This document shows positions 17,821-29,579 of a stretch of DNA of 64,000 nt, one piece after another. The translations under genes and the position numbers were made by a program. This DNA is from Hyalangium minutum (GTDB lineage Bacteria; Myxococcota; Myxococcia; Myxococcales; Myxococcaceae). The notes beneath the pieces are model-generated. The model was not told the DNA's origin and did no database searches. It worked only from the letters and a program-made list of their open reading frames with translations. The stretch is taken from NCBI RefSeq assembly GCF_000737315.1, contig NZ_JMCB01000028.1, positions 62,001 to 126,000 of the forward strand. The letters run 5' to 3'. The first letter of the stretch is position 1. Every line of letters starts with the position of its first letter.

Positions 17821-20688
17821 GTGTCCAACCGTTCTCGCTCCCCCCTCGTCCTCGCGCTCATCCTGGGGATTGTGGCCGCGCTGCTGCTCTGGTGGCGACC
17901 CAAGCACGCTGCTGACGCCCCAGAGGCGCATGCGTCCGCCCCCAGCGCCTCGGTCCCCTCCTCTTCTGGAAGCTCCCGCGCCTCCGGCTCCTCGGCCCCG
18001 GGCGCCACACAGCCCCTGGAGACTCCAGCGGCTCCCTCGGAGGGTGCCTTCCGCGTGCGCGTGGTGGCCTCGAACCAGCCAGTCACAGGGGCTCGCGTCC
18101 AGACCTACCTGCGCGAGGCGGAGGATGGAACGGGACAGCCGGCCTGGCGCCGGGCGAGCGAAGGAACCACGGGCCAAGACGGCTCGGTGCGGCTGCCCGC
18201 GTCTCCCGGCGTCTATCTGATCAGCGCCTCCGCGCAGGGCCATGCCGCCGCGCGCCGGGAGGTGGCCCGGCCGTCGGGCGAGGCGGAGACGCTCGTGGAG
18301 CTCACGCTCCCAGCAGGGGCAGAGCTTCGGGGAAGAGTCATTGCCGCGGGCCGAGGCGAGCCCGTGCCGCTCGCGGAGCTCTCCCTCCATCCTTATATGG
18401 AGGCTGTGTGGGCCGGCTCTCAGGCCGTGACGCTTCCAGAAGAAACGGCGCTCGTCACGAGCGATCCCCAGGGCCGCTTCACCTTCTCCGGTCTGGCACC
18501 GGGCCGCTACGCGCTCACGGCTTCGGCGGTGGGGTTCAGCAAGCGCTCGATGCGCATCGTGACGGTGCCCTCGCCGGGTGAGCTGGAGGTCCAGCTGTGG
18601 GCCTCGAGCTTCCTCGAGGGCTTCGTGGTGGGCGAGGACGGTCAGCCCGTCACGGGCGCGGAGGTGCTGGCCCAGGGTGGCCACACGGTCCCTCGCACCA
18701 CCACGGGCTCCGGGGGCGGCTTCTCGCTGGAGGTGTCCAACGGCACCTATGTCCTGGCGGCCCGGCAGGGAGAGCGCCTGGGGCGCCTCCCCCACGTCCT
18801 CCAGGTGGCCCCCGGCGAGACGTTGAAGGACCTGCGCATCACCCTGGGAGCTCGAAGTGGCCTGCTGGGAACGGTGACGGCCACACCAGAGGGAACCCCC
18901 GTGGCAGGTGCACGGCTGACAGCCAGTCCCTCGAATCAGGCGGGCGAAGTGGGCTCGGCCACCACGGGCTCGGATGGGCGGTACTCGCTGGAACTGCCAC
19001 CGGGTGACTATGACGTGGTGGTGGTGGCTCCGGGCCGCACGAGCGCGCTGCGCGAGGCGCTCGTCATCGCTCCAAGCCAACAGCTCACGGTGGACTTCCA
19101 GCTAGACGGAACCGGCGTGGTGGAGGGCCGGGTGACCGACCTGGAGGCCCGGCCCATCGCGGGAGCCTACGTGAAGGCTTCTCGGATGCGCGGCCTCTCG
19201 GGGCTGGAGCGCTCCACCCGCACGGACGCGAATGGGTCATACCGGCTCGAAGGGCTGGAGCTGGGCGCGACGGTGGTGGCGGCCCGGCGAGAGCAGACCG
19301 AGCACTGGATAAAGAAACCTGCGGACGTGAAGCCGAGCTCGGCGGCACAGGTGGACTTCTCCCTGGCGGAGACGGGCATCGTGCAGGGACAGGTCCGGCA
19401 GGCCTCCGGCGCTCCTCTGACGCAGCCCGCGCTGGTGCGCGCCGAGTCCAAGAGCGGCAGCTTCGGGGAGTTCACCTATACGGACACGGACGCGGAGGGC
19501 CGCTACCAGCTCGAGCTGCCCGCGGGCGTCTACCGCCTCGTGGCGGTGAACCCGGGCGCCCGCTACGTCTTCTCGCACGAGGACGACCTGTCGGTGACGG
19601 TGCCCGTGGGTGCGGCGGTGGTACAGGACCTGTCGCTTTCGGATGATCAGGGCGTGCGGGGCACGGTGTTGGAGCCCTCTGGCGCCCCGAGCCCCTACGC
19701 CACGACAGTTGCGATCCAGCGCGGAGACTTCGCCATGGCCCTTCCCGTCGAAGCCGACGAGGAAGGCCACTTCATCTTCCCACCACGCGGGCCCAACGCG
19801 GCTCCGCTGGACCTGATCGCGCACAACGCGGGCCGGGTGGGCGAGCTGTCTGGAGCCCGCGAAGACACCGAGGTCACCGTCCACCTGCGCCCGGCGGCCA
19901 CGCTCCGAGGCCGGGTGGTGGCTCGCAGCGGAGCGGCGCCCACGGGCTTCTCGCTCCAGCTGCTCCAGGCGGATGGCTCGGTGCTGCCGTGGCTGGAGCG
20001 CGGCAACCCGGAGCGCACCTTCTCAGGCACCACCTTCGCGCTGTACGACGCCCCGGCCCTGCCCCTGCGCGTGAGCGTTCGCACCACGGACGGGCGCACG
20101 GGCGAGGCACAGGTGACGCTATCGCCCGGCCAGAGCACGGAGCTCGAAGTGCCGCTCACGGGCGGCTCCGCCTCCATCACCGGGCGCGCGGTGTGGAGCG
20201 GCAGCAACACCCCGGCCGAGGGCGTCTCCATCTACCTGGACAAGCAGCTCTCCGGGAGCAGCGACGCCCAGACCGGGCCGGACGGACGCTTCCTCTTAAA
20301 GGATGTGAAGCCCGGACCGCACACCGTGCGGGCGTGGGCCTCGGCGGATGGCCAGCCGGTGACGCGAACGGTGAAGACGGCCTCGGGTGAGGCGGTGGAC
20401 CTGGGAGACGTTCTGGTGACGGCGCGCAAGACCGCGTCCGGGACCATCGGCGCGAGCTTCAGCGAGGAGCGCGGCTGGGTGTCCGTGGCGTGGGTGAAGG
20501 CGGATGGCCCGGCAGCCCATGCCGGAGTGCGCGTGGGAGACCGGCTGCTGGCGGTGGATGGACTGGTGATTCGCAGCCGGCAGGAGGCCGAGCAGCGCAC
20601 GAAGGGCGCCCCAGGCTCCCCTGTGCAGCTCCGCCTCCAACGCTCGGATGGGCAGGAGCAGCAGCTCCAGCTCACCCGAGCGGACTGA
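17821..20688 (+). CDS. Membrane-anchored protein with carboxypeptidase-regulatory-like (transthyretin/Ig) repeats and C-terminal PDZ domain
   Basis: N-terminal TM, repeated GRV..G.P..GA.V / TD..GRF motifs, GPAAHAGVRVGDRLLAVDG PDZ. Confidence 0.8.
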   Translation: MSNRSRSPLVLALILGIVAALLLWWRPKHAADAPEAHASAPSASVPSSSGSSRASGSSAPGATQPLETPAAPSEGAFRVRVVASNQPVTGARVQTYLREAEDGTGQPAWRRASEGTTGQDGSVRLPASPGVYLISASAQGHAAARREVARPSGEAETLVELTLPAGAELRGRVIAAGRGEPVPLAELSLHPYMEAVWAGSQAVTLPEETALVTSDPQGRFTFSGLAPGRYALTASAVGFSKRSMRIVTVPSPGELEVQLWASSFLEGFVVGEDGQPVTGAEVLAQGGHTVPRTTTGSGGGFSLEVSNGTYVLAARQGERLGRLPHVLQVAPGETLKDLRITLGARSGLLGTVTATPEGTPVAGARLTASPSNQAGEVGSATTGSDGRYSLELPPGDYDVVVVAPGRTSALREALVIAPSQQLTVDFQLDGTGVVEGRVTDLEARPIAGAYVKASRMRGLSGLERSTRTDANGSYRLEGLELGATVVAARREQTEHWIKKPADVKPSSAAQVDFSLAETGIVQGQVRQASGAPLTQPALVRAESKSGSFGEFTYTDTDAEGRYQLELPAGVYRLVAVNPGARYVFSHEDDLSVTVPVGAAVVQDLSLSDDQGVRGTVLEPSGAPSPYATTVAIQRGDFAMALPVEADEEGHFIFPPRGPNAAPLDLIAHNAGRVGELSGAREDTEVTVHLRPAATLRGRVVARSGAAPTGFSLQLLQADGSVLPWLERGNPERTFSGTTFALYDAPALPLRVSVRTTDGRTGEAQVTLSPGQSTELEVPLTGGSASITGRAVWSGSNTPAEGVSIYLDKQLSGSSDAQTGPDGRFLLKDVKPGPHTVRAWASADGQPVTRTVKTASGEAVDLGDVLVTARKTASGTIGASFSEERGWVSVAWVKADGPAAHAGVRVGDRLLAVDGLVIRSRQEAEQRTKGAPGSPVQLRLQRSDGQEQQLQLTRAD

Positions 20689-23641
<2,953 letters not shown>

Positions 23642-23643
23642 CG

Positions 23644-24351
23644 TCAACCTCCTGGGCAAGGGTGGTCGTTTGCTTGATCCGGCCACTGTCCATCACGCAT
23701 GCAGAGATCCATGCATGACTGACACTGGCTCTCTCCCCACACGCGGCGCTGTTTCTCTCCTGCGAAGAACTCTTTGCATGCCACGTAGTGATCCCTACAG
23801 GTCTGGCGCCAGCGCTGCTTTTCCTCTGGCGAGGGAATCGGCGGGGAAACCGGCTCCGGGCTTCCCTTGGGGTCGGGTTGTTTCTTGAGGTTGGGCTTTC
23901 GATTCGCCGAGGGCCTCGCACGTTCACGGGATGCCCTCTGCTCGTACGCATCCAACCCCTCTTTGACGGCAATCGCCACCATCACGGTGCCAATAACAAT
24001 CACCGCTCCAGCTACGATTGCTGGCGACGCAAAGACGCAGAGCCCTACGCCCATCGTCGCGGCAGCCGCACCCGCAGAGGCGACAGCGCATTTTCCTGTA
24101 ACATCGCGGAACTTGACCCTGTCATGGTCGAGAACGTGAAAGCACTGCTCCGCCAGGACAGGCCATTCGTTGGAGGCTTCTCGCACCACGCAATGCCCGT
24201 CATCCGTCCAGGGGTACTGCGCCGCCCGCTGAAGGTTGGTGAGTCTCGGGCTCGGGTCCTCCACCTCTCCCGGGACCGGATCCATCGTTGCGCAGGCCGA
24301 GAGAAGGAGCAGGTGCAGGAGTGCGTCGAAAGTTCGGAAACGCATGGCCAT
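23644..24351 (-). CDS. Polymorphic lipoprotein toxin-like protein (DUF6310-type N-terminus, Cys-rich C-terminus)
   Basis: LSAC lipobox; NLQRAAQYPWTDDGHCVVREASNEWPVLAEQCFH, hydrophobic segment, Pro/Lys linker, six-Cys tip. Confidence 0.7.
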   Translation of the reverse strand: MAMRFRTFDALLHLLLLSACATMDPVPGEVEDPSPRLTNLQRAAQYPWTDDGHCVVREASNEWPVLAEQCFHVLDHDRVKFRDVTGKCAVASAGAAAATMGVGLCVFASPAIVAGAVIVIGTVMVAIAVKEGLDAYEQRASRERARPSANRKPNLKKQPDPKGSPEPVSPPIPSPEEKQRWRQTCRDHYVACKEFFAGEKQRRVWGESQCQSCMDLCMRDGQWPDQANDHPCPGG

Positions 24352-24387
24352 GTCCTTTCAAGTAAGCGAGGTGCGGCGGGTAAAGCG

Positions 24388-25425
24388 TCACCCGAAGAGC
24401 CATCCGAGCTCTCGCGCCGCGACAACCGTGCGGTTCTTCGGCTTGCGGGCCATTGCGCCAACCATCGTGGAGCGAACGTCTTCGACGGGCAGCAAGGGGG
24501 CAGCCCATTCCAGCGCCTCGTACTCCTCCGGCCGTTCCGGCGGTGTGTGCCCTGCCGGGACCCACTGATACAACTGGTAGCTGCGGTACCTGAGCAGCCG
24601 ACACACCTCGTCACTGGTATCAGTCAGCTTGGCAATGAAGGCAGGGGTCATGCAGATGTTGGGCAAGGCCGTGTAGGCGTCTGCGTCCAGGCTGGCGGCA
24701 TAGACATGATTGAACTGTGTATCCCGCCCGCGCCGGTTGAGGCCGTTGGCCCATAGGAAGGCGTCGGTGGGACTCTTGTTGTCGTCCAAGAGGACCCTTC
24801 GTCCTTCGTGCTCATCAATCTGGCCGACGCGCCTTGGATTGCGGATCGCCGGGAAGAGCGCCTTGCCTCCCGTCTGACGGACCGTCTGAGGGTGCGAGAA
24901 GAGGCTCAGCGAGGCGACCGCCTGTGCCACGGTTCGGTACTGCGAACTCGCGATGATCGCCTCAAGCGCTGTGTGACCGTCGAGACGAAAGTCTACGAGG
25001 GTCCGTGGACCCACGCGTGGCTCCAGGGCCTTGGGCTCGGTTCGTCGTGGGGGCCACGATTCAGAAGCGGCGGCAGCGGCAAGTAGAGGCGAGGCGGTAC
25101 TTGGCTGCGATGGTGAAGTAGACGAGGGCGCAACCGTGCCGCTGCCCCGGAACCGGCGGTACCAAAGGACAGCGCTCTTATAGGAGGCAAGGTTGTTCCG
25201 GACGTTGCCGATGAACGGGAGCTTTGACGGATTCGGACGACCGCGACGCTGGTCCTCCGTCGAATAGGTCAGCTGCTCGATCAGGGTTTCCATCCGGTCA
25301 CTGTCATAGTGGCCATCGAGCTCGCCGTAGTGCTCCTCAACTCGCGCGACGCGGTAGAGCTGGTTGTTGATCGTGCCATCGTCATAGCCCTGACTCCGCA
25401 ACCAGTCCCTGTAATCGCGCCTCAC
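24388..25425 (-). CDS. Hypothetical nuclease-like protein (candidate defence gene)
   Basis: GGAGG RBS and GTG at 25425; atypical codon usage; C-terminal DDN..P...FNHVY...LPNI..TP HNH-like motif. Confidence 0.6.
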   Translation of the reverse strand: MRRDYRDWLRSQGYDDGTINNQLYRVARVEEHYGELDGHYDSDRMETLIEQLTYSTEDQRRGRPNPSKLPFIGNVRNNLASYKSAVLWYRRFRGSGTVAPSSTSPSQPSTASPLLAAAAASESWPPRRTEPKALEPRVGPRTLVDFRLDGHTALEAIIASSQYRTVAQAVASLSLFSHPQTVRQTGGKALFPAIRNPRRVGQIDEHEGRRVLLDDNKSPTDAFLWANGLNRRGRDTQFNHVYAASLDADAYTALPNICMTPAFIAKLTDTSDEVCRLLRYRSYQLYQWVPAGHTPPERPEEYEALEWAAPLLPVEDVRSTMVGAMARKPKNRTVVAARELGWLFG

Positions 25426-25722
25426 GAACCCTCCACTACCTGAAACGGGCGGCCCAGGTGAGCCTGCCGCCGCCGACAAATCAAGGCCAGCCCCTCGCCT
25501 GTGGAGCGCGCATATGGGTCGCAGCGGTGCCCATCTGCATGCCCGCTCTGTTGGCCGATGCGGGAGGGGCATTGCATGTGCCCCCAGTGTGACCCTCCAG
25601 CGGGGAATTGAGCGGGACGAGATGGGACGAGACGGGGACGGAGCGAGGGAACGATGCGGTGTGAGCTCAAGTCGTTAGCTGGTAACAGCGAGACCTGCTT
25701 GGGTTTTGCTTCCGCCTTGATA

Positions 25723-25745
25723 CGGGTTCGATTCCCGCCGCCTCC
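25723..25745 (+). mobile_element. tmRNA (ssrA) 3'-end-like fragment, probable att site remnant
   Basis: CGGGTTCGATTCCCGCCGCCTCC matches the T-arm/acceptor end of tmRNA without the rest of the gene or ACCA; GGGACG repeats lie upstream at 25613-25650. Confidence 0.6.
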
Positions 25746-25834
25746 CTCCCGAGTGCGATCTTGGGAAGGAAGCGGCTTTCCCCTCTGGCAGTTCAGTCCT
25801 CTTCCGGAGCAGAGCCGGGAGCCGACAGGCGGCC

Positions 25835-25854
25835 AAGTCTCACCAGTGAGACTT
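25835..25854. promoter_or_regulatory. Inverted repeat AAGTCTCAC-CA-GTGAGACTT
   Basis: Perfect 9-bp arms; related half-site AAGACTCAC at ~25891. Confidence 0.35.
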
Positions 25855-25967
25855 TTGAAACGGCGGTGCATGGGCCCATCGTGTGCGGCGAAGACTCACA
25901 CTTGTCGATTCAAGGGGTTGGCCGCATGTCCGACGCGCCCCTGCCCGCACGAGCCTCGAACTGACAC

Positions 25968-27005
25968 TCAGCTCTGCTCCAGCACCCGCGAGAGCACCTG
26001 GGCGGTGAAGTTCACCAGGGGAATGATGCGCTGGTAGTTCATGCGCGTGGGGCCGATGACGCCCACCGTGCCGAGCACCGCCTCGCGGCTGCCGTACGGG
26101 CTGGCAATCACGGTCAGCTCGCCCGGCGCGGAGAACTCGCTCTCGGCGCCGATGAAGATCTGCATCTCCCGGGCGCGCTGCACCCGGTCCAGCAGCAACA
26201 GCAGCTTGTGCTTCTCGTCCAGCGTCCGGAACAGCGCGCGCATGCGCTCCACGTCCGCGAACTCGGGCTGCTCCAGGAACGAGCCCGTGCCTTCAATCCG
26301 CACGCGCCCGGACTCGGACGTCTGCAGATCCGTGGCGGCCGCGCCCAGCTTGAGCGCCTTGGCCGTCAGCGCGTTGTAGAGCGCCTGCTCCTGGTCCATC
26401 TCCTGGCGGATGCGCTCGCGGGCCTCCTCCAGCGGCACCTCGCGCAGCAGCTCCGAGAGGTAGTTGGACGCCTTGAGCAGCTCGTCCGAGGTGATGGGGA
26501 AGTCCACCGTGATGACCTTGTTCTGCACCTGGCCATTGGGCCCCACCAGCACCGCCAGCACCCGGTCCTCTCGCAGCCGGACGAACTCCACGCGGTAGAA
26601 CACCGCGGCCTCCGGGCGCGGCGTGAGCACCACGCTGGCATGCCGGGTGAGCGAGTGCAGAATCCGGCTGGCCTCGTGGAGGATGTCCCCGAGGTTGCTC
26701 TCCTGGACGAGCCCCGCGTGAATGAGCTCACGATCCTTGGGTGCCGGATCCTTCAGGCGCACCATCGTGTCCACGTAGAACCGGTAGCCCCGGTCCGTGG
26801 GGACGCGGCCCGCGGAGGTGTGGGGCTTCTCCAGGAAGCCGAGCTCCTCCAGGTCCGCCAGCACGTTGCGCAGCGTGGCCGAGGAGACATCGAACTCGGC
26901 CTTGCGGCTCAAGTGCTGGCTGCCAACAGGGCCGCCCGTGGTGATGTACTCCTGCACGACCGCTCGCAGGACTTCCTTTTCGCGCTCGCCTAGCTCTTCC
27001 GACAT
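25968..27005 (-). CDS. hrcA: Heat-inducible transcription repressor HrcA
   Basis: VLRAVVQEYITTGGPVGS, SSATLRN.LADLEELGFLEKPHTSAGRVPTDRGYRFYVD, GVIGPTRMNY. Confidence 0.96.
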   Translation of the reverse strand: MSEELGEREKEVLRAVVQEYITTGGPVGSQHLSRKAEFDVSSATLRNVLADLEELGFLEKPHTSAGRVPTDRGYRFYVDTMVRLKDPAPKDRELIHAGLVQESNLGDILHEASRILHSLTRHASVVLTPRPEAAVFYRVEFVRLREDRVLAVLVGPNGQVQNKVITVDFPITSDELLKASNYLSELLREVPLEEARERIRQEMDQEQALYNALTAKALKLGAAATDLQTSESGRVRIEGTGSFLEQPEFADVERMRALFRTLDEKHKLLLLLDRVQRAREMQIFIGAESEFSAPGELTVIASPYGSREAVLGTVGVIGPTRMNYQRIIPLVNFTAQVLSRVLEQS

Positions 27006-27180
27006 CCGTTGATCACGCTCCAGGAATCCTCCAAAAGTCTAAGGAGGTCTCCAGGGCGGTTCAATCCCGGTTCGCAGGGCAGGCAGCCAGCCGCCCGGAG
27101 GACCTACAACAGGCCCCCTGCCCCTCCTCCGGGCTCTCCACGATTGAACACCCGGCGCAGGTGGCATGAGATGGGGGTCC

Positions 27181-27657
27181 ATGTACGACGACGCCTTCGA
27201 GATCCGCCACATCGCGGAGTCCTTGCTGTACCGGTACGCCACGTGTCTGGACGACGGGCCGCTGGAGCACTGGCCCCGCTGCTTCACCGACACGGGCCAG
27301 TACCGGCTCATCCCCCGGGAGAACCTCGTGCAGAACGTGCCGGTGGCACTGATGCACTGCACCTCGCGCGGCCAGTTGGAGGAGTGCGTCACCACCCTGA
27401 TGCGGACCCACGCCACGGTGCCGTACGCCTGCCGTCACCTGTACACGAACGTCCAGGTGGAGCTGCCCCGAGGGGGCCGCGCGCTCGTCCGGGCCAACTA
27501 CGCCATCTACCACATGGTGGAAGAGGGCGAGGTGGACCTGCTCAGCATGGGCCGCGTGGAGGCTCGCGTGCTCCTGGAGCCCCAGCCCCTCTTCGAGCGC
27601 ATGGACGTCATCTACGAGATGTGCCGGCTGTCCGGGCTGAAGATCTACCCGCTCTAG
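27181..27657 (+). CDS. Aromatic ring-hydroxylating oxygenase small (beta) subunit-like, NTF2 fold
   Basis: LLYRYATCLDD..LE.W..CFT..G.YRLIPREN...RHL.TN...ANY...IYPL, resembling AntB/NagH-type subunits. Confidence 0.8.
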   Translation: MYDDAFEIRHIAESLLYRYATCLDDGPLEHWPRCFTDTGQYRLIPRENLVQNVPVALMHCTSRGQLEECVTTLMRTHATVPYACRHLYTNVQVELPRGGRALVRANYAIYHMVEEGEVDLLSMGRVEARVLLEPQPLFERMDVIYEMCRLSGLKIYPL

Positions 27658-27761
27658 GGAGGCCGCACGCCTGCTGTGCTGGCCACGCCGGAGCGGCACT
27701 GTGCTCTAGGACAGGCGCACACATCGCACAGAAGGATCGGACACGTTAGAAGAGCCGCGCC

Positions 27762-28730
27762 GTGTCCTCGACCGCTCCCTCACTGACCGCCGCGCTCCAC
27801 GCCGAGTCCACTCCTGCGGACCCGCGTAAGGGCTGGATCGTCTTCTGTCTCTTCGCGCTGTACGTCATCTGGGGCTCCACGTACCTGGCCATCCGCTGGA
27901 CGCTCGTGGGCGGCTTCACCCCGCTGATGATGGGCGGCCTGCGCTTCACGGTGGCAGGCACCATCCTCTACGCGGTGTTGCGGCTGCGGGGCATGGCGGC
28001 GCCCACGCGGGAGCAGTGGAAGGCGGGGGCGTTCACCGGGCTGCTGCTGCTCGTCATCGGCAACGGGTGCGTGGCGTTCGCGCAGCAGTCGGTGCCCTCG
28101 GGCGTCGCGGCGCTGGTGGTGGGCAGCATGCCGCTGTGGGCGGCGCTCTTTGGCGGCCTCTCCGACGGCCAGTGGCCAGGCCGCGCCGAGCGCTGGGGCC
28201 TAGGGCTGGGTTTCTTCGGCATCGTCCTGCTGAACCAGGGCGGTGAGCTGGGCCACCAGGGGCTGCCCGTGCTCGCGCTCCTGTTCGCGCCGTTGAGCTG
28301 GGCGTACGGCTCCGTCTGGGGCCGGCGCAGCCCCTCCATGCCACCGGGGCTGATGACCACCGCGACGCAGATGATCTGCGCGGGGGTCATGCTGGTGGGG
28401 CTGAGCTTCGCCGTAGGCGAGCGGATGACGCACCTGCCCGATACCCGCGCCCTGCTCTCCTTCGTGTACCTCATTGGCTTCGGCTCGCTCGTGGCGTTCA
28501 GCGCGTATGGCTACCTGCTGCGCAACGCGCGCCCGGCGATCGCCACCAGCTACGCCTACGTGAACCCCCTGGTGGCGATGCTGCTCGGCCTGGGCCTGGG
28601 CGGCGAGACGCCGGGGCCCCATGCCTTCTTGGCCATGACGGCCATCCTCGCGGCGGTGGTGCTCATCACGCGCAAGGCCTCCAAGCCACGGCGCGCGGAA
28701 GCGGCGGCGACTGGCATCTCGACCTCCTGA
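27762..28730 (+). CDS. yedA: EamA/DMT drug-metabolite exporter (YedA-like)
   Basis: LYVIWGSTYLAIR, ten TMs, FGSLVAFSAYGYLL, TSYAYVNPLVA. Confidence 0.9.
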   Translation: MSSTAPSLTAALHAESTPADPRKGWIVFCLFALYVIWGSTYLAIRWTLVGGFTPLMMGGLRFTVAGTILYAVLRLRGMAAPTREQWKAGAFTGLLLLVIGNGCVAFAQQSVPSGVAALVVGSMPLWAALFGGLSDGQWPGRAERWGLGLGFFGIVLLNQGGELGHQGLPVLALLFAPLSWAYGSVWGRRSPSMPPGLMTTATQMICAGVMLVGLSFAVGERMTHLPDTRALLSFVYLIGFGSLVAFSAYGYLLRNARPAIATSYAYVNPLVAMLLGLGLGGETPGPHAFLAMTAILAAVVLITRKASKPRRAEAAATGISTS

Positions 28731-28754
28731 GGCTTGAGCTCCAGTCCGAGTGCC

Positions 28755-29579
28755 TCACTGAACGATCTTGGGGGGCGCGATGGGCCTGCGCTCCGTCAGG
28801 CTGAAGCGATCGTCGCGGCCCAGCACGTGGACCCGCGCGTCGTGGATGGTGAAGATGCGCTCGGCCTTCTGCCGGTCGGAGAGGTTCGTGTAGCGGATGG
28901 TCGAGCCGTCGATGACGTACACCGCGCCCGAGCCCAGCACGACGAACTCCTCGTCATTCGTCACGTGGATGGCGGTGTCCTCATCGATGCCGATGCCCAG
29001 GTTGTGAGGGTTCTGCGCCACGGCGCCCATCAACCGCCCGAAGCGTCCGCGCTCGGCGAAGTGCGAATCCACCACGACACCTTCCAACAGCCCCAGTCCT
29101 GGAGCCATGGCCAGCGTGGCGAGGCACGACTTGTTGGTGGGACCACCGATCAGCATCGTCTCGGACATGGCCGCCGCGCCCGCCGAGGTGCCGACGATGG
29201 CGGTGCCGGACTTGTGCAGCGCGAGGATGCGCTCCAACAGCGGCGAGCCTCCAATCTGACTGGTGATGCGCAGCTGGTCGCCACCCGTGAAGAACATCAC
29301 CGCGGCCTCCTCGACCTTCTGGAGGTTGGCGGGATCGTAGGCCTGCTCCCGCGTGCGGATGTCGAGCACCTCCAGCCGATTCGCGCCCAGCCGCCCGAAG
29401 GCCGCCCGGTAGGTCTCCTCCATGGCCTCAGGCTCCGAGGAGGCCACGGTGAGCAGGAGGATGTGGCCCTGGGTGCCCGCCTGCTTCGCCGCGTACGCGA
29501 GGATGGCACGGTCCTCATCGGACTCCTTCTGCTCGCTGCCGCCAATCACGAGAAGGTCGCCCGCGTGCTTCTTCCTCAT
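28755..29579 (-). CDS. cphB: Cyanophycinase (S51 serine peptidase)
   Basis: LVIGGSE, FFTGGDQLR, GTSAGA (Ser), DSHFAERGRFGRL (His), GIDEDTA (Glu). Confidence 0.93.
   Translation of the reverse strand: MRKKHAGDLLVIGGSEQKESDEDRAILAYAAKQAGTQGHILLLTVASSEPEAMEETYRAAFGRLGANRLEVLDIRTREQAYDPANLQKVEEAAVMFFTGGDQLRITSQIGGSPLLERILALHKSGTAIVGTSAGAAAMSETMLIGGPTNKSCLATLAMAPGLGLLEGVVVDSHFAERGRFGRLMGAVAQNPHNLGIGIDEDTAIHVTNDEEFVVLGSGAVYVIDGSTIRYTNLSDRQKAERIFTIHDARVHVLGRDDRFSLTERRPIAPPKIVQ

Noticed and set aside
25600-25970. Complete tmRNA or tRNA gene
   Set aside because: Only a 23-nt 3'-end match; no 5' acceptor strand, tag reading frame or ACCA end
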